A stretch of DNA of 64,000 bases, from positions 41,540,001-41,604,000 of the forward strand of contig NC_083227.1 in NCBI RefSeq assembly GCF_032191835.1, given 5' to 3'. Below the pieces are notes generated by a model. That model had not been told where the DNA came from, ran no database searches, and worked only from the letters and a program-made list of their open reading frames with translations. Source of the stretch: Heteronotia binoei. Lineage: Eukaryota. A program made the translations under genes and the position numbers. Positions within the stretch are counted from its first letter, which is position 1. Every line of letters starts with the position of its first letter. Of the stretch, positions 36,001 through 48,825 are shown one piece after another.

Positions 36001-38071
36001 TGAGAATGTACCATCAATGCAATGGATCTTGCCTCCAAGTAAATGTTCATACGATCTAACTGCTTGTTGCTCCCACCATTCCAGCACCGGTTACACGAAA
36101 AACTTTCTTGGTACCCACAGCGGCAGGGTTTATGCTAACGTGCGTGCCCCCTTCTCTAATATTTTATCTGCCTTTCTCCCATCTGTTCTCCATAACTTTT
36201 CAATTTTTCCCCTTTTTTCTGATAGAAAAAGCGTTCATGGTTGCTGTTGGGGATTGGGAATGTATGCACATGCCTTTGCTGCTTGTGCAGTTGGCGTAGT
36301 GTGTGTGTGTGTGTGTGTGTGTGCTTTTACAGTAAACTTGGTTATGGTAGGAATTCCTACTGAGCACCTGCTGCTTTCATGAGAAATATGCTACGCCAGG
36401 GAGCTGGGTTGAGGAAAGTGCATGCACACACATCATCTGGGCACCTATTCAACATCACTTATCTGATTCATTGCTCATTAACTCCATTTAGCTATTCAGT
36501 TGGGGGTGGGGGTTAAAACTGGTAAAAGGGGTTTGGGGAGGGAGTCATCCTTTTAGTGCATACTTCTGTGTGGTGCCAGAAAAAATGTTTCTTAATCTTG
36601 AAAGACAGTGTTGTATATGGACTGTTGCAAATGTTACACGCTGAGTGTGCATTTGTAAGTACATAGGTAGCCAAACTGATGCAGTTTCTGCAATTCCCCC
36701 CCACCCCACGTTCCAGATCCTGATAAGGAATGTGAGTTCAAAACCCTGGAGGTGGAGATGTGGGGTGAGGCTGTAACTTGAATGACAGAGCCTATGGTTT
36801 TCCTGTTGCATAGGGACAGCTTTAGATTTCCACAGAGCAATTTATAGGACTACTGTTATCCTCATAGCAGTGAGAGTCTTTCTTTTAATCAGGAGGGCAA
36901 AAAGGAGATTGGATTTGTCCTGGATTAAAGGGACAGTTCCTTTCCCTGTTGGACCAGGGCATATGTGGAAGAAATGTTTGTATTCAATGCATATCCCAGA
37001 AAAGGACACTTCATCCTTCACTACAAAATCCCTGCAAGTCATGTACTTTGGCTCTCACCATAACTGTTGCCCCAAGCAATGCTTTTACCTTTCTCCACAG
37101 AAACTGAGCTTACATTTTCCTGCTTCCTGCCCTAGTAGTCACAGTCGCCAAGCCTCTGAAAAACCAAAGTAGCTCCTGCACAGACCCACCATTTTGCATC
37201 TGCAAAGACCTGTCCTCTGTTCTGTTCCTTGATCATTCTAGAGTGCGATGGAATGTTTATGGCTGGTTTTTATTCTTGCCTTTATGTATCCTCTGTGCAA
37301 GGCACTCTGGCCAAGGGAGTTTAGCAGAGAAAGATCTACTGGTTTAAAGTCATCCCGAAAACTTCACAACTGAGAGAGGACTTGAATTCAGACCTACTAC
37401 TTTGTGAGCTACTGGTATTAAAGTTGTGAGCTACTGGGCTGGCATTAGAGTTGTGAGCTACTGCATAAATTATTGTGCTCTGGGGTCATCCTTCCTGAGC
37501 GAAGACAAAAATGTGTGAGCTGGAGACTAAAAATCTGTGAGCTAGCTCACCCTAACTCATCTTAAAGGGAACACTGCTCACAACAACTCTGTGAGGTAGG
37601 TTAGTCTGAGTGTGTATGCCTGGCCCAAAATCACCCAGCAAGCTTCCATAGCAGAAAGAGGGTTTTCTAACCTGAGTCTCCCACAGCCTGGACTTGTACT
37701 GCTACTACACCATGCTGGCTTTCGTGTTGTACTTTTGTTAGGAAGCATCCTGAGTCTGTGACAAGATGTAGTTCATCAGGGGTGGAAACCTTCTGAGGGA
37801 AAGGCTCCGACTGCTTTGCCATGCTTTTATTGTACCTAGAGAGAATATGCCCAAAGCTAGGAAACTAAGTCACGCTCTCAAATGTACTGCATAGAATAGG
37901 TTCCCTTGGCAGTGTAGTCACTTGACAGAGAGGTTTTGTGGAAAGTTCCTAATGCTGTGTTTTGAAACCCATGTTTTGTTATGTCACCCATCAAGCCTCT
38001 TGCCTTCTCATGCAACACAGCAAGCGTTCCTCTAGGACTCCAGGAGATTTAACTCCTCTCTCTCTCTGCAG

Positions 38072-38199
38072 TTCTGCCACGTGGTTCAGAGTCGAGGACG
38101 CTTGTCATTTCACAAGTCAGCAACTTTACAGAAGTACTTTTGTGCATCTCCCTGAGAGTGACATCATGCAAGAGAACTATGAGAATGTGATCTCATTGG
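38072..38199 (+). CDS. ZNF-C KRAB-A-derived exon; probable start ATG at 38166 (MQENYENVISL)
   Basis: Acceptor ctctctctgcag|T and donor TTG G|gtaaga. The 128-nt length is close to the usual 127-nt KRAB-A exon, but only the last 11 codons keep the KRAB consensus. Confidence 0.85.
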
Positions 38200-39267
38200 G
38201 TAAGAATGCATTTTTACCATATATCAGAATGTATTGGTACTAGCACAGGCTTAAGTTAGAGGGGTTTATGGCAAACAAATCCTCCTCTTTTGAATTTGTG
38301 TGTAACAATCAGGAGTGGTCTTTTTCTGAATTCAGATCCCCCCCCCACTTCTCTGGGAACAATTGTTACCCAATCAGTCCTCATGCCAGTCTGTCATATG
38401 CAGAGTGTCCTTTAGAGGTTTAGAACTCAGTTGAAAAACTGAAGATTGTCCAAGTCTAGAGTATTCACCAATCTCAACTTGAGACAACAACCCTGTTCAA
38501 AAGGGAAGGATCAGAAGAGAGACAGATACTTAATGAACAAGTAAACTTCAGATTAAAATCTGGTGGTAGAAAGTGCCATCAGCTCACAGCTGACTTAAGC
38601 CAACCCGTAAGGTTTTCAAGGCAAGAGAGGTTGTTTGCTATTGTCTGTCTGCATGGTGACCCTGGACTTCTTTGGTGGTCTCCAAATACTAACCAGGGCT
38701 GACTCTGATTAGCATCCAAAATCTGATGAGATTGGGCTAGCCTGGGCTATCCAGGTCAAGACAGAGATCAAGAGCTGGGAGGTGAAATATCAGAAAAGCA
38801 AATGAACAATACAACAGTTTGTATCTGGTCTCAGCAAACTGGGTAGGATTGGATGCCATAGCACCTACTATGAGGAGAGTGGCTGGCAATGGGGTAAGCT
38901 GACTTGGAACTGGGATGGGGAAACAGACTCTGGGGGAAAAGGGTGCAAAAGAAATCCCATTGCTTGCCCTGAAGAGAAGGCTCTGGGGCTGTTGAGTTGG
39001 TGGCATGAGAACCAGTGACAAGGAAGGTTTCCCATCAACACCAAACAGTTGGCTTCTAGGACTGTCCTCCATGACCTTTGCTCCTTACAAGTTGAGATCC
39101 CCATATAACTGGAAGGCAGCCTATCTTAACAGAAGCTTAATATTCTAAGCTCTGTGTAAAACCATATCAATGTGATGTCACATTTCTTCCCCAAAAGATA
39201 AAGTGGCTCTTTTATGCCTATGCACTGCCCAGGTCCTCATAGCTTTTCTTCTAACTTGCATCCTCAG

Positions 39268-39342
39268 CGGAGGAGATTGCAATCAGCTGGCCCAGGATAA
39301 CTGCTTTTGCTGAGTCCCACAGAAGGAGAGGTCTGATGTCTG
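39268..39342 (+). CDS. ZNF-C 75-nt exon encoding (A)EEIAISWPRITAFAESHRRRGLMS(D)
   Basis: Acceptor gcatcctcag|CG, donor TCT G|gtaagt, phase 1-1; paralog of 4953-5027. Confidence 0.9.
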
Positions 39343-39399
39343 GTAAGTTAGCATGGGAAGGAGAGCTGCATTCCCCCAATCCGAGGCACACAGTGCCTA

Positions 39400-39590
39400 C
39401 TGGCAACTTCAGCTGGTGCACCACTTGCACCCTTTCCCGGAGAGAAATGTTCTAGCCACAGTCATTCATAGCTTACTTGCTTCAAGATTGGACTACTGCA
39501 ATGCACTCTACGTGGGGCTGCCCTTGAAGCCTTTTTGGAAATGTTATCTGGTCCATAAAGCTGTAGTCATGGTGCTGACAGGTATAACTA
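39400..39590 (+). mobile_element. L2 LINE ORF2 fragment
   Basis: Encodes ...LLASRLDYCNALYVGLPLK. Confidence 0.75.
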
Positions 39591-40586
39591 GCAGCACTCA
39601 TATGTTCCCCACTCCTCCACATGCAACTGATGGAGTGACCTTGGATCAGTCATAACTGTCAGAAGCAGTTCTGGAAAGAGCAGTTTCCGTAAGAGCCCTC
39701 AGCTACCTCACAGAGGGTCTGTTGTGGGGAGAGGAAGGAATAGGAGATTGTAAGCTGCTCTGAGACTCCTTTGAGTAGTGAATAAATCAATCTCTTCTTA
39801 AAAGATTTGTAGTGGCATCCAGTCTATTTCCAGCATAATTCCCCTCCTTAGTACCATGGGCACTGATGGAAAGGTCTTTCTCAGTGCCCTAGGAAAGGGC
39901 TTTTTCAGTGGTGGCACTGCTGAATGTAATCCCTAGGATGCACAGCATTAGAGAAATCCCCTTTCTACTCATAAGGTGGCCAGGTCAGCCACTGCCAGCC
40001 CAGTGATCAGATAATTTGGGTTGGGGGAAGGGCTGTGGTTCAGTGGTAGAGCCTCTGCTGGGCATGCAGAAGATCCCAGGTTCAATTCCCAGTATCTTCA
40101 GTTTAAGAACCAGGCAGTAAGTCATGGAAAAGACCTCAGCCTGAGAACTTGGAGAGCTGCTGCCAGTCTGAGTAGACAATACTGACCTTGATGGTCTGAT
40201 TCAGTATAGAGCAGCTCGGTTCAGAAGTACAATCTTAGTCGAAGAAGAACTTTGCCTTGGCATTGAATGTGAGCATTATGAGCTCCCAAAGCTTTATAAT
40301 ATGACCCTGGGGGATGAAAACCTTGAAGACTGTGGGAAGCTTCAAGTGCTGATTTCGCATACTGAGCTGCTCTTAGAAGCACAATATTGTTCCACATTTG
40401 TGAACAGTATTCATCCACATCGACAATGCATGGGTTTTCATTGCTTTCACTATGTGAACCTCCCTGAGCCTAAGGGACAGGCAGGACTAGCTAGATACTA
40501 TAATCACATTGTTCCACATTTGTCCAGACTAGATTTTATTTTACCTGCCCAGTTGATCAGGCCTAGTTAGTTGACAAGCTCCTTAC

Positions 40587-40824
40587 CAGTGTTCCCTCTA
40601 AGCTGAGTTAGCATGAGCTAGCTCACAGATTTTAAGTCTCCAGCTTACACATTTTTGTTTTAGCTCAGGAAGGATGGCCCCAGAGCACAATAATTTATGC
40701 AGTAGCTCACAACTTTAATGCCAGTAGCTCACAACTTTAATGCCAGTAGCTCACAACTTTAATACTAGTAGCCCACAAAGTAGAATTTTTGCTCACAAGA
40801 CTCTGCAGCTTAGAGGGAATACTG
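40587..40824. mobile_element. hAT MITE (cagtgttccctctaagctg TIR) with internal 23-bp triplication; partial relative at about 37420-37575
   Basis: TIR pair; repeated agtagctcacaactttaat. Confidence 0.75.
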
Positions 40825-40863
40825 CATCCTTACCCGTTTTCATTTTGACCTTCTGTGGTGCAG

Positions 40864-41094
40864 ACACGGAGCCTGAACAAGGCCCAGTGGAACAGGCCCC
40901 CATGCAGGACCCAGTTGTGGCGGGTCCAAGTGAAGGTGGAATAAACGCTGATCTGCGGCGGCAGCTGGGCCTCATCCTGCAGACTGCTGGCAGGAGCCAG
41001 GTGGAGAAGATGCTGCGGGAGCTGGTGAAAGAACAGAGCCAGGATGGGAAGCGCAGACCTCGGAAGAAGGTGCTCAGGAGCCCCAAAAACGAAG
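40864..41094 (+). CDS. ZNF-C-specific 231-nt exon (DTEPEQGPVEQ...LRRQLGLILQTAGRSQVEKMLRELVKEQSQDGKRRPRKK...)
   Basis: Acceptor ttctgtggtgcag|AC, donor GAA G|gtgggc, symmetric phase 1-1, open frame with coding-like GC content in an AT-rich intron. Confidence 0.7.
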
Positions 41095-41351
41095 GTGGGC
41101 AGGTCTTGTGCTGCAGGGCAGTATGTGGAATTCATGGGAAATAAAAGAGGAATGCCCAGCAGGGATGCCAGAGGGACTAGGTCATGCCTCTTGCGTATCC
41201 CCCTTTCTGTATCTATTTAGTAGATAGCAGGTCCCTTTGGTCTTATTTTGTGCACTGGTTGTTAAAGTATCTTGATATTGGAGCAACTTGCTTACTGGGA
41301 CCACCAGTGCTTGTTTTACATTTTTTTTAAAATAATCATGTAAGTTTTACT

Positions 41352-41530
41352 GGCCCTGACCTGGATGGCTGGATCTAGCTGGATCGCGTCAGATCTTGGA
41401 AGTTAAGCAGGGTGGGCCCTGGTCAGTACCTGGATGGGAGACCATCAAGGAAGTTCAGGGTGGTAGAGGAGGGCAATGGCAAGCCACCTCTGTTTGTCTC
41501 TTTCCTTGGGTTCCATAAGTGGTCTGCAAC
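41352..41530 (+). mobile_element. 5S rRNA-derived SINE (5S-Sauria-like); minus-strand relatives at about 4600-4790, 38575-38760, 56575-56770
   Basis: gatcttggaagttaagcagggtgggccctggtcagtacctggatgggagacc is a diverged 5S internal region, followed by a gcaatggcaagccacc tail. Confidence 0.75.
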
Positions 41531-44500
41531 TTGATGGCATTTCCCACCAGGCTTTATTAAGCCCAATGATTACAACATATTAGGACTTTTTTGTAGAAAA
41601 AGCCCAGCAGGAACTCATTTGCATATTATGCAATACCCCCTGATATCACCATTGTTTCACACAGGGTTTTTTGTAGAAAACAACAGCAGGAACTCATTTG
41701 CATAATAGGCTATTCCCCCTGACACCAAGCCAGCCGGAACTACGTTCCTGCTCAGAAAAAGCCTTGCAATATTACCTGTTGTTCAGATGTAACACTCCTA
41801 GCAGTAAGTTGTTGCAAATTGGAGATGAATTATTTCTTGAAATGAACCTTTCAGTTCGACTTGAGAAATCATGTAGGGATTCCTTTCAGAAAGAGATCAG
41901 CTGGTCAGAATGTTAATGGCACTCATTGCTGATCCTGTGACAACACCGGCTAACCAAAGTTTACATAATCAGTTTTGCCGAATAGTCTCATTACTGATTT
42001 ATATTCATAGCTAACCATTTCTGTGGGCTTTCAGCTTGCAAACAGGCTTTGAGCTTCTTACTTGGTAATCTTGAGATAATAAAAATCTAACTGTAAAAAG
42101 CCATGGAATGCATTCTGAGAACCATCACCAAGTGATCAAGCTTCCAAGTTACCCAGAATTCTTCATAAGTTAGATGTTAACAAACAAAAGGGAGAGATGT
42201 TTCATCCCCTGGAAGACCTCTTGTTTTACTGCCTTGAGAGCCAGTATGTTGTAGTTATTAAAAGCAACAGACTCTCATTTGGAGAACTGGGTTCGGTTCC
42301 CCACTCTTCCACATGAAGCCAGCTGGGTGACCTTGGGTTACTCACAGCACTTTCAGAGCTCTCTCAGCCCAAAAAGTAAATCTAGCTTGCCACCTAGTGG
42401 TGCATAACACTCAAAGAGCTAGAACTTCAGGCTGCCAGACAATCTTCGGATTTCCTGGCTATTCAACACACAATGCCATATGATAATTATAATTATTATT
42501 CCTCCATAGAGTGCTGGACAGACCTGAATAAATAAAGCCGTGCTGTGTTGATCTGGTACCGAGTTCCTTTTTGGGAAGAAGAATAAAACAGCAGCCTCAA
42601 CAGGAAATAGAGAACCCAGGTGTTGATCAAATATTTCTCCCAGCTCCTTATCTCACAAGGTTGCTGTTGTGAGGATAAAATAGGATGGGAGAACCATGTA
42701 CACCACCCTGTGCTCCTTGGAAGGAAGGCAAGATACAAATGTACTAGACAGGTGTTACTTATATAGCACTTGCACTGTTCAAAGTGTTCTGCAACATATC
42801 ACCATCATTTTAGCATAGCCCTGAAGTTAGGCCAGCATTACTAGCTCCATAGTGCTACCTAGTCAGTTTCAAGCTAACCAACAACCTCCTCAAGCAGAAC
42901 TTATTATTTACATCGCTATGCTACATTTGGACAAAGAATGTTATGTATGCTTTTTAAAAAATTGTACTTCTCTATGTTTGAAAAAACATTTCTGCATTAA
43001 GACAAAATCTGCATGATTTGCACAAATGCGCAAATTAAACCACTTTCGCAAATAACTGCACAACTTTTGAAGCTTCCCTTACATTATAGCTTATGCCAAG
43101 CCTGGTTGCTAAGACTTCAATCGGTGAATATTTTCTATACCATTTCAAAAGTGGTGGGGAGGTTGCTTTTGAGCAAAGGAAGCAAGTTTTGATGCTCAGG
43201 ATGCTGAATCTGCACCTTGGACAAATGTAGAACAGCATGATTATAGCATCTAGCCAGCCCTGTCTGTCCCTGAGGCTCAGAGAAGTTCACATAGTGAAAG
43301 CAATGGAAATTCTTCCAAATTATTTCCAACTGTTAAAAGTCTACTACAGGAATGGCCAAGCTTGCTAAACATAAGAGCCACATAAAAAAATGGCAGATAT
43401 TTTAGAGCTGCAAGACAGGAAGGAAGGAAAAGGAGGGAGAAGTGAAAAGAAAGCAACTTTAACTTTAAATGCATTGTCCAAGCTGCTGGTTGGTTTGGCT
43501 TGGAGAAATTATTTAAAAAGAGAAATGCCTTCTCCAAGCCTGCAAATGGGCAGTGGGGGCTTCGAGAGCCACACAATATGAGTGAAAGAGCCACATTTGG
43601 CCCCTGAGCTGCAGTTTGGCCACCCCCGGTCTGCTATGGCGACTCCATTCATTTCCTTCCCTCAGACTTCCTCTCTGTTTTTCTTCCCTTTACTTACTGA
43701 GCTGCCCTAGTACTGTGTTTTCTTCTTTGCTGAAGAACTCTGGCTGTCCCAGCCTGTCACAGTAACGATATTTTGGCTGTTGGCTCAGCTCAGGAACCTG
43801 AGGGAAGAATCAGGAGTCTGCTTTAACTTAAACAACTTAAATGGCACTCGAGGCATTTTGAAATTCAAAAATAATATATATATATTTAATACAGAGGGAA
43901 AAGGTCAGGTGAAATCAGGGGTTGAAATTTCTAGGTAAAACCAGTAAAGCACAAATGTTTGTTCTTGTATTTCAGGCTGATGAGAGTTTCTATTTCTTTG
44001 AGTATTCTCTTACTTTTTTGGTTTCCAGAAGTCTGGTACATTCTTTCCATTACCCAAACCCCTTCTCTTGAAACACAAGTACTTGACTTGAGTTTGAACT
44101 GACTCTTATGGCAGTTTCTAACCACACCAAACCTGGGATCTCTGCACTCTTCAGAGCTAATTCCGTTTGACTGGGTAGGGAATTTTCTTCTCTCTCTAGA
44201 AGATCCATCCCCTTTCCTTGGCTCAAATGGGAGTCTTTGCCTACTTCCCAAACTTCCTTGCCAACTTTTGTACAGTTCTCCATCTGTGTAAAATTGTTGT
44301 CAGCCACAGCTGAAATCAGACTCAGTTCTCCTCAGCATCCAGTTCAGAAGTCTTTTTCTGCTCTGCTGATGCTAACCAATCAGATTTCTTGGAACAGCGT
44401 GTCACTCAAAGTGCTCTTTGAAGAATCAACCCTTCACAGTCCGGGCAGTGCTCTGTTTACACAGCACTAATAAGTGTCACATTTACACAGACTGGGGATG

Positions 44501-44857
44501 GTGGAACAAGATAATTAAAAGCCTTGCATGGCTGCTGTAAAATGCTTGGGTTTGGGCTCTGAATGATCTCCACAGAAGAGAAAAATCTGCACAGGCGGCA
44601 GCAGCCCCTGGGACTGCCTCTCCTTGTCTTCTGGCCTGATTTCTGGAAGCAGGATGGTAAAGCAATGAGTGATACAACTCTGATGGTCTGAAAATACCCT
44701 CTTAACAGTGCCCTAAGCATGCCCAGATTCACCTAGCTCATCTAGACAACCTAAGAAAGGTACAGATTGAGGGATCAGAGCAATGGGTAGCAATTGTAGA
44801 AGGAACAAATGCCTTGCTGCTAAGATGGTCATGCTGTCTTTCATCTCCCCATCTCAG

Positions 44858-46770
44858 TTACAGTTGCTGACGAGAACGAAGAAGAGCTACAGGCAGAAGA
44901 GGACAGCTCAGCGAAGGTGGAGCCACCAGGTACCCAACTAGGGACATCTGATGGCCAGGGTGAGGGTAACACCAATGACAGCCAAGGCCACCTCAGCTCA
45001 GAAGAACACCAGCTGCTACAGGTGCCGACTGTACATCAGAGGGAGAGGAAGACATCCAGAAAGCTAAAAGACCAGCCTGCAGCTCCAGCTGCAGCAGAAA
45101 GACCAGGGGTCTGCATAGAGTGTGGGAAGAAGAACTTGGGTGGTAGTGGGCGAGGCCACAGTGAACCCACACCGGACAGACCGCATCAGTGTGCCGAGTG
45201 TGGACGTTGCTTCCGGCAGCGCTCCATCTTGGCTAAACACCAAAAGATCCACACAGGCGAGAAACCCTATCCGTGCACGGCCTGTGGCAAACGGTTCAAC
45301 CGTAGCTCCAACCTGGCACAACACCAGCGTGTGCACACAGGGGAGCGCCCCTTCCCCTGTGCTGCCTGCGGCAAGGCCTTCACCCAAAAATCAGACCTGG
45401 AGCGGCATCAGCGCGTGCACACAGGGGAACGGCCATACTCCTGCCAAGACTGTGGCAAGCGCTTCTCTGTCAGCTCCCACCTTGACCGGCACAGACGCAC
45501 GCACCAACACAATCCCCAAGAAGAACCCCCTGCTGCTGCCCCAGCCCCATCTGCTCACTGCTGCCCCGACTGTGGGAAGTGTTTTGGCCAGCGCTCGGCA
45601 CTCTCCAAGCACCGTAAGACTCATTCCGGTGAGCGCCCTTTCCCATGCAGTGCCTGTGGCAAGCGTTTCAGTCGCAGCTCCAACTTGGCACAGCACCAGC
45701 GTATTCACACTGGCGAGCGCCCATTCCCCTGTAGCGACTGTGGCAAACGGTTCATCCAGCGCTCTGACCTGGAACGCCACCAGCGTGTGCACACTGGTGA
45801 GCGCCCCTACACCTGCGCTCAGTGCGGCCGGGGCTTCTCAGTGAGTTCTCATCTTGACCGGCACCAGAGAGTCCACCAAGCCCAGGCTGCTGCAGCTGCC
45901 GCACACCGCTGCCCCGAGCATGTGAAGGGCTTCCTCCTCAGCACTGGGGGCAAACAGCTTCTCAAACACCAGCTGTACAGCAGCAAGGGGCGCCTCACGC
46001 GCAGCGGCCACTGCTTGGACTGCGGCAAGAGCCTGGGCAAAGTCCCGCTGCAGTTGCCGGCGCCCCCTGTTGAGAAGCCTTTCAAGTGCCAGGACTGTGG
46101 GAAAGCTTTTGCCCAGCGGTCGGCCTTGGTTAAGCACCAGCGCATCCACACAGGGGAGAAGCCGTTCTCCTGCATGGACTGTGGCAAGGCGTTCATTCAG
46201 AAATCAGACTTGACCATCCACCAGCGCATGCACACCGGCGAGAAGCCGTACCGCTGTGACACCTGCGGCAAGTGCTTCAGTGTCAGCTCCAACTTGCTGA
46301 CTCACCAGCGCACCCACTTGGGCGAGAAGCCCTACGCGTGCGGGGACTGCGGCAAGGCCTTCATCCAGCGCTCAGAGCTCACCATCCACCAGCGCACCCA
46401 CACCGGGGAGAAGCCCTACAAGTGCAGCATCTGCGGTAAATGCTTCAGCCGCAGCTCCCACCTCAACCGCCACCAGCGCACCCATAGCAACGACAAGGCC
46501 TCTGCCGGCACTGGCCTGGCCCCTGCTTCGCTGCTGACTGTCGGCACCCCCAAACCTGTCGCTTCTCTTTCCGCTTCATCCTTCTCTGCTTCCTACCCCT
46601 CACCCAACCCTCTTCCAACCTTGCCTTCCTTCCCCTCCTCTCCATCATCCCTCCCCATCCCTTCCTTGGACCTGCCCTGGTCTCTCGCCTTTCCATCCCG
46701 GGGCTTTTCTCATCCATCTTTCGCTTCTCCTGCTCCAGGCAGTGCTCAGACTTCATCCCTAATAAACTAG
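44858..46770 (+). CDS. ZNF-C terminal exon, 13 intact C2H2 fingers plus a 94-aa Pro/Ser-rich tail paralogous to ZNF-A
   Basis: ORF 44917..46770 extends in frame to the acceptor catctcag|TT ACA at 44858. Stop TAG at 46768-46770. Confidence 0.95.
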
Positions 46771-47131
46771 GCCTTTCCCTTCCAAAAGGCTCTCTCCATT
46801 CCTGGCCCACTGCCTCTCTCCAACTTTGCCTTCTTATCCAACTTCGCTAACAAATGAATGATGCCACAAGTTGCCATACAAATGTACATAATCATGCAAT
46901 GAATTCCTCTCCCCACAGGCCTCTCATTGATGGTTGCTTTGCCTGTTGTGCAGGAAGGGACAACAAAGGACGGAAGAGCCCTGTACTCTTGAGCCTGGGA
47001 GACACGTTATACTCAGATACCTTTGCCTTGATAGGATTATTTGGTCTGAGTAAGGAGGGTTGTTTTTTCTTCAGAAGTTGAAAATATTCAAAAATTCAAT
47101 TCTCCTGCCTGTGTTCTGTAATGGTATAGCC

Positions 47132-47348
47132 CAGGGGTGGCCAAACTGCTGCGCAGGAGCCACATGTGGCTCTTTCATATATATTGTGTGGCTCTTGAAG
47201 CCCCAACCACCCCACTGGCTGGCTTGGAGAAGGCTTTTCTCTCTTTAAGTCACTTTTCCTTCCTTCCTTCCCTTCCTATCTTGTGGCTCTCAAACATCTG
47301 ATGTTTATTCTATGTGCCTCTTATGTTAATCAAGTTTGGCCACCCTTG
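47132..47348. mobile_element. hAT MITE with 8-bp TSD
   Basis: caggggtggccaaact / agtttggccacccttg; flanks gtatagcc / ggatagcc. Confidence 0.85.
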
Positions 47349-48521
47349 GGATAGCCTAACAAAATCTGAACCTTTTAACTGTTCTGGTCATGAGTTTTGG
47401 TCTGCGATTGTGACCAGCAACCTCTGCCAACCATCCATTTCTGTCCTGCTTCTTTCAAACCACCATGTTCACAAGATCACACAGATAAGCTCCCCGTTAG
47501 GCCCCAAGATGATCCAAAATGAGACAGGGACCACATTCTCCCTTCCTGAACGGGGCATAAAGAATGTGGAGGTGGTCCTAATGGAGGCTGGTGAACATGT
47601 TCTGGATTTATCCAGATCAGAGGGGAGGATGAATGTAAGATTTTGAGAGAACTTATATCAGTGTAAGGAATTTCTCTTAGCATCTCTTTCGTGTGAACAA
47701 AAGAAGCAGAACCAAAATGTACAAGGAGGAAACTAAAGTGTATGGAAGTCAGGAATGGTGATTCTAACTGGCCTGAGTCTTTACCAAGATCAAAACGGGA
47801 GTGGTATTTACTCCAGACTAATCTGGAGTCAAAGATGGTGATCTGTGAAGCATCCTTTCAGTTTTAGGATCATCATCTTTTGAATTAACAGCTGAGTTGG
47901 GCATTTCTCTCCTGATAAATTGCCACCCCAGTCCACAATATTTCTCCTTCTTTATTCTGCTACCTCCAGCTCCTCTTATCTACCCTTTACTTGGCTGTTG
48001 TTGTCCAATTTGATGCATGTTTATCAGGAGTCAGTTCTCAGTGGGTCTTCCTTCCACTTAAGTTTGCACAGGGCTGCTGCCCTTAGGCCCTTTCTCACTC
48101 CCCTGCTCTAGTTCCATGTGAGCACCCCACTCTGCTCCTGCCACTTCTTCTGGTAGCACTCTCCCCCACCCCTTGCAGTCTAAAATGGTGTAGCTCACTC
48201 TGCCATCTGTACCATATTGCTACATGTGCTGACTAGATCAAGGAGTTTAAGGAACTAACAAGGAACTCTGATCGCGCTCACTGAACTTCACTTCCCAGGA
48301 TTCTTTGGGAGAAGCCATGGCAGAGAAACGTGGTATGAAACTGCTGTAAGGTGGTTTTAATGTACCTATGTCCGTCCTCATCCAGAATGGCTTTCCGTAC
48401 TTCCTTTGAGTCTTCTCATTTTTAGCCTTCATGCTCCCGAGCAAGGCATTCCTCCTAACAGGCCTTGTGTCCTGTCCCTGCAAAACAGCCAACATATTTG
48501 GTGCTGTATATTGAACTTAAG

Positions 48522-48825
48522 AGCCCTGTGGCGCAGAGTGGTAAAGCTATAGTACTGCAGTCAGAGCCCTCTGCTCACGACCTGAGTTTGATCCCAGCGG
48601 AAGCTGGTTCAGGTAGCCGGCTCCAGGTTGACTCAGCCTTCCATCCTTCCGAGATTGGTAAAATGAGTACCCAGCTTGCTGGGGGGAGGGAAGTGTAGAT
48701 GACTGGGAAAGGCAATGGCAAACCACCCTGTATAAATTCTGCTGTGAAAACGTGAAAGCAATGTCACCCCAGAGTTGAAAACGACTGGTGCTTGCACAGG
48801 GGACTACCTTTACCTTTTTTATTGA
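48522..48825 (+). mobile_element. Sauria SINE
   Basis: gagccctgtggcgcagagtggtaaagc head, ggttgactcagccttccatccttccgag core and Bov-B-like tail. Confidence 0.9.

Noticed and set aside
35994-36050. Strong minus-strand donor (CAG|GTGAGT at 36000) suggesting an antisense transcript at the ZNF-C promoter
   Set aside because: No matching downstream minus-strand exon could be identified; a single motif is insufficient.
41352-41460. 5S rRNA-like sequence
   Set aside because: Diverged, lacks correct 5S termini and is fused to a retroposon tail, so it is a SINE rather than an rRNA gene.
46761-46766. AATAAA overlapping the end of the ZNF-C CDS (and the AGPAT stop at 59930-59935)
   Set aside because: Not conserved in ZNF-A (GATAAA) and explained by the codons; no evidence of use.
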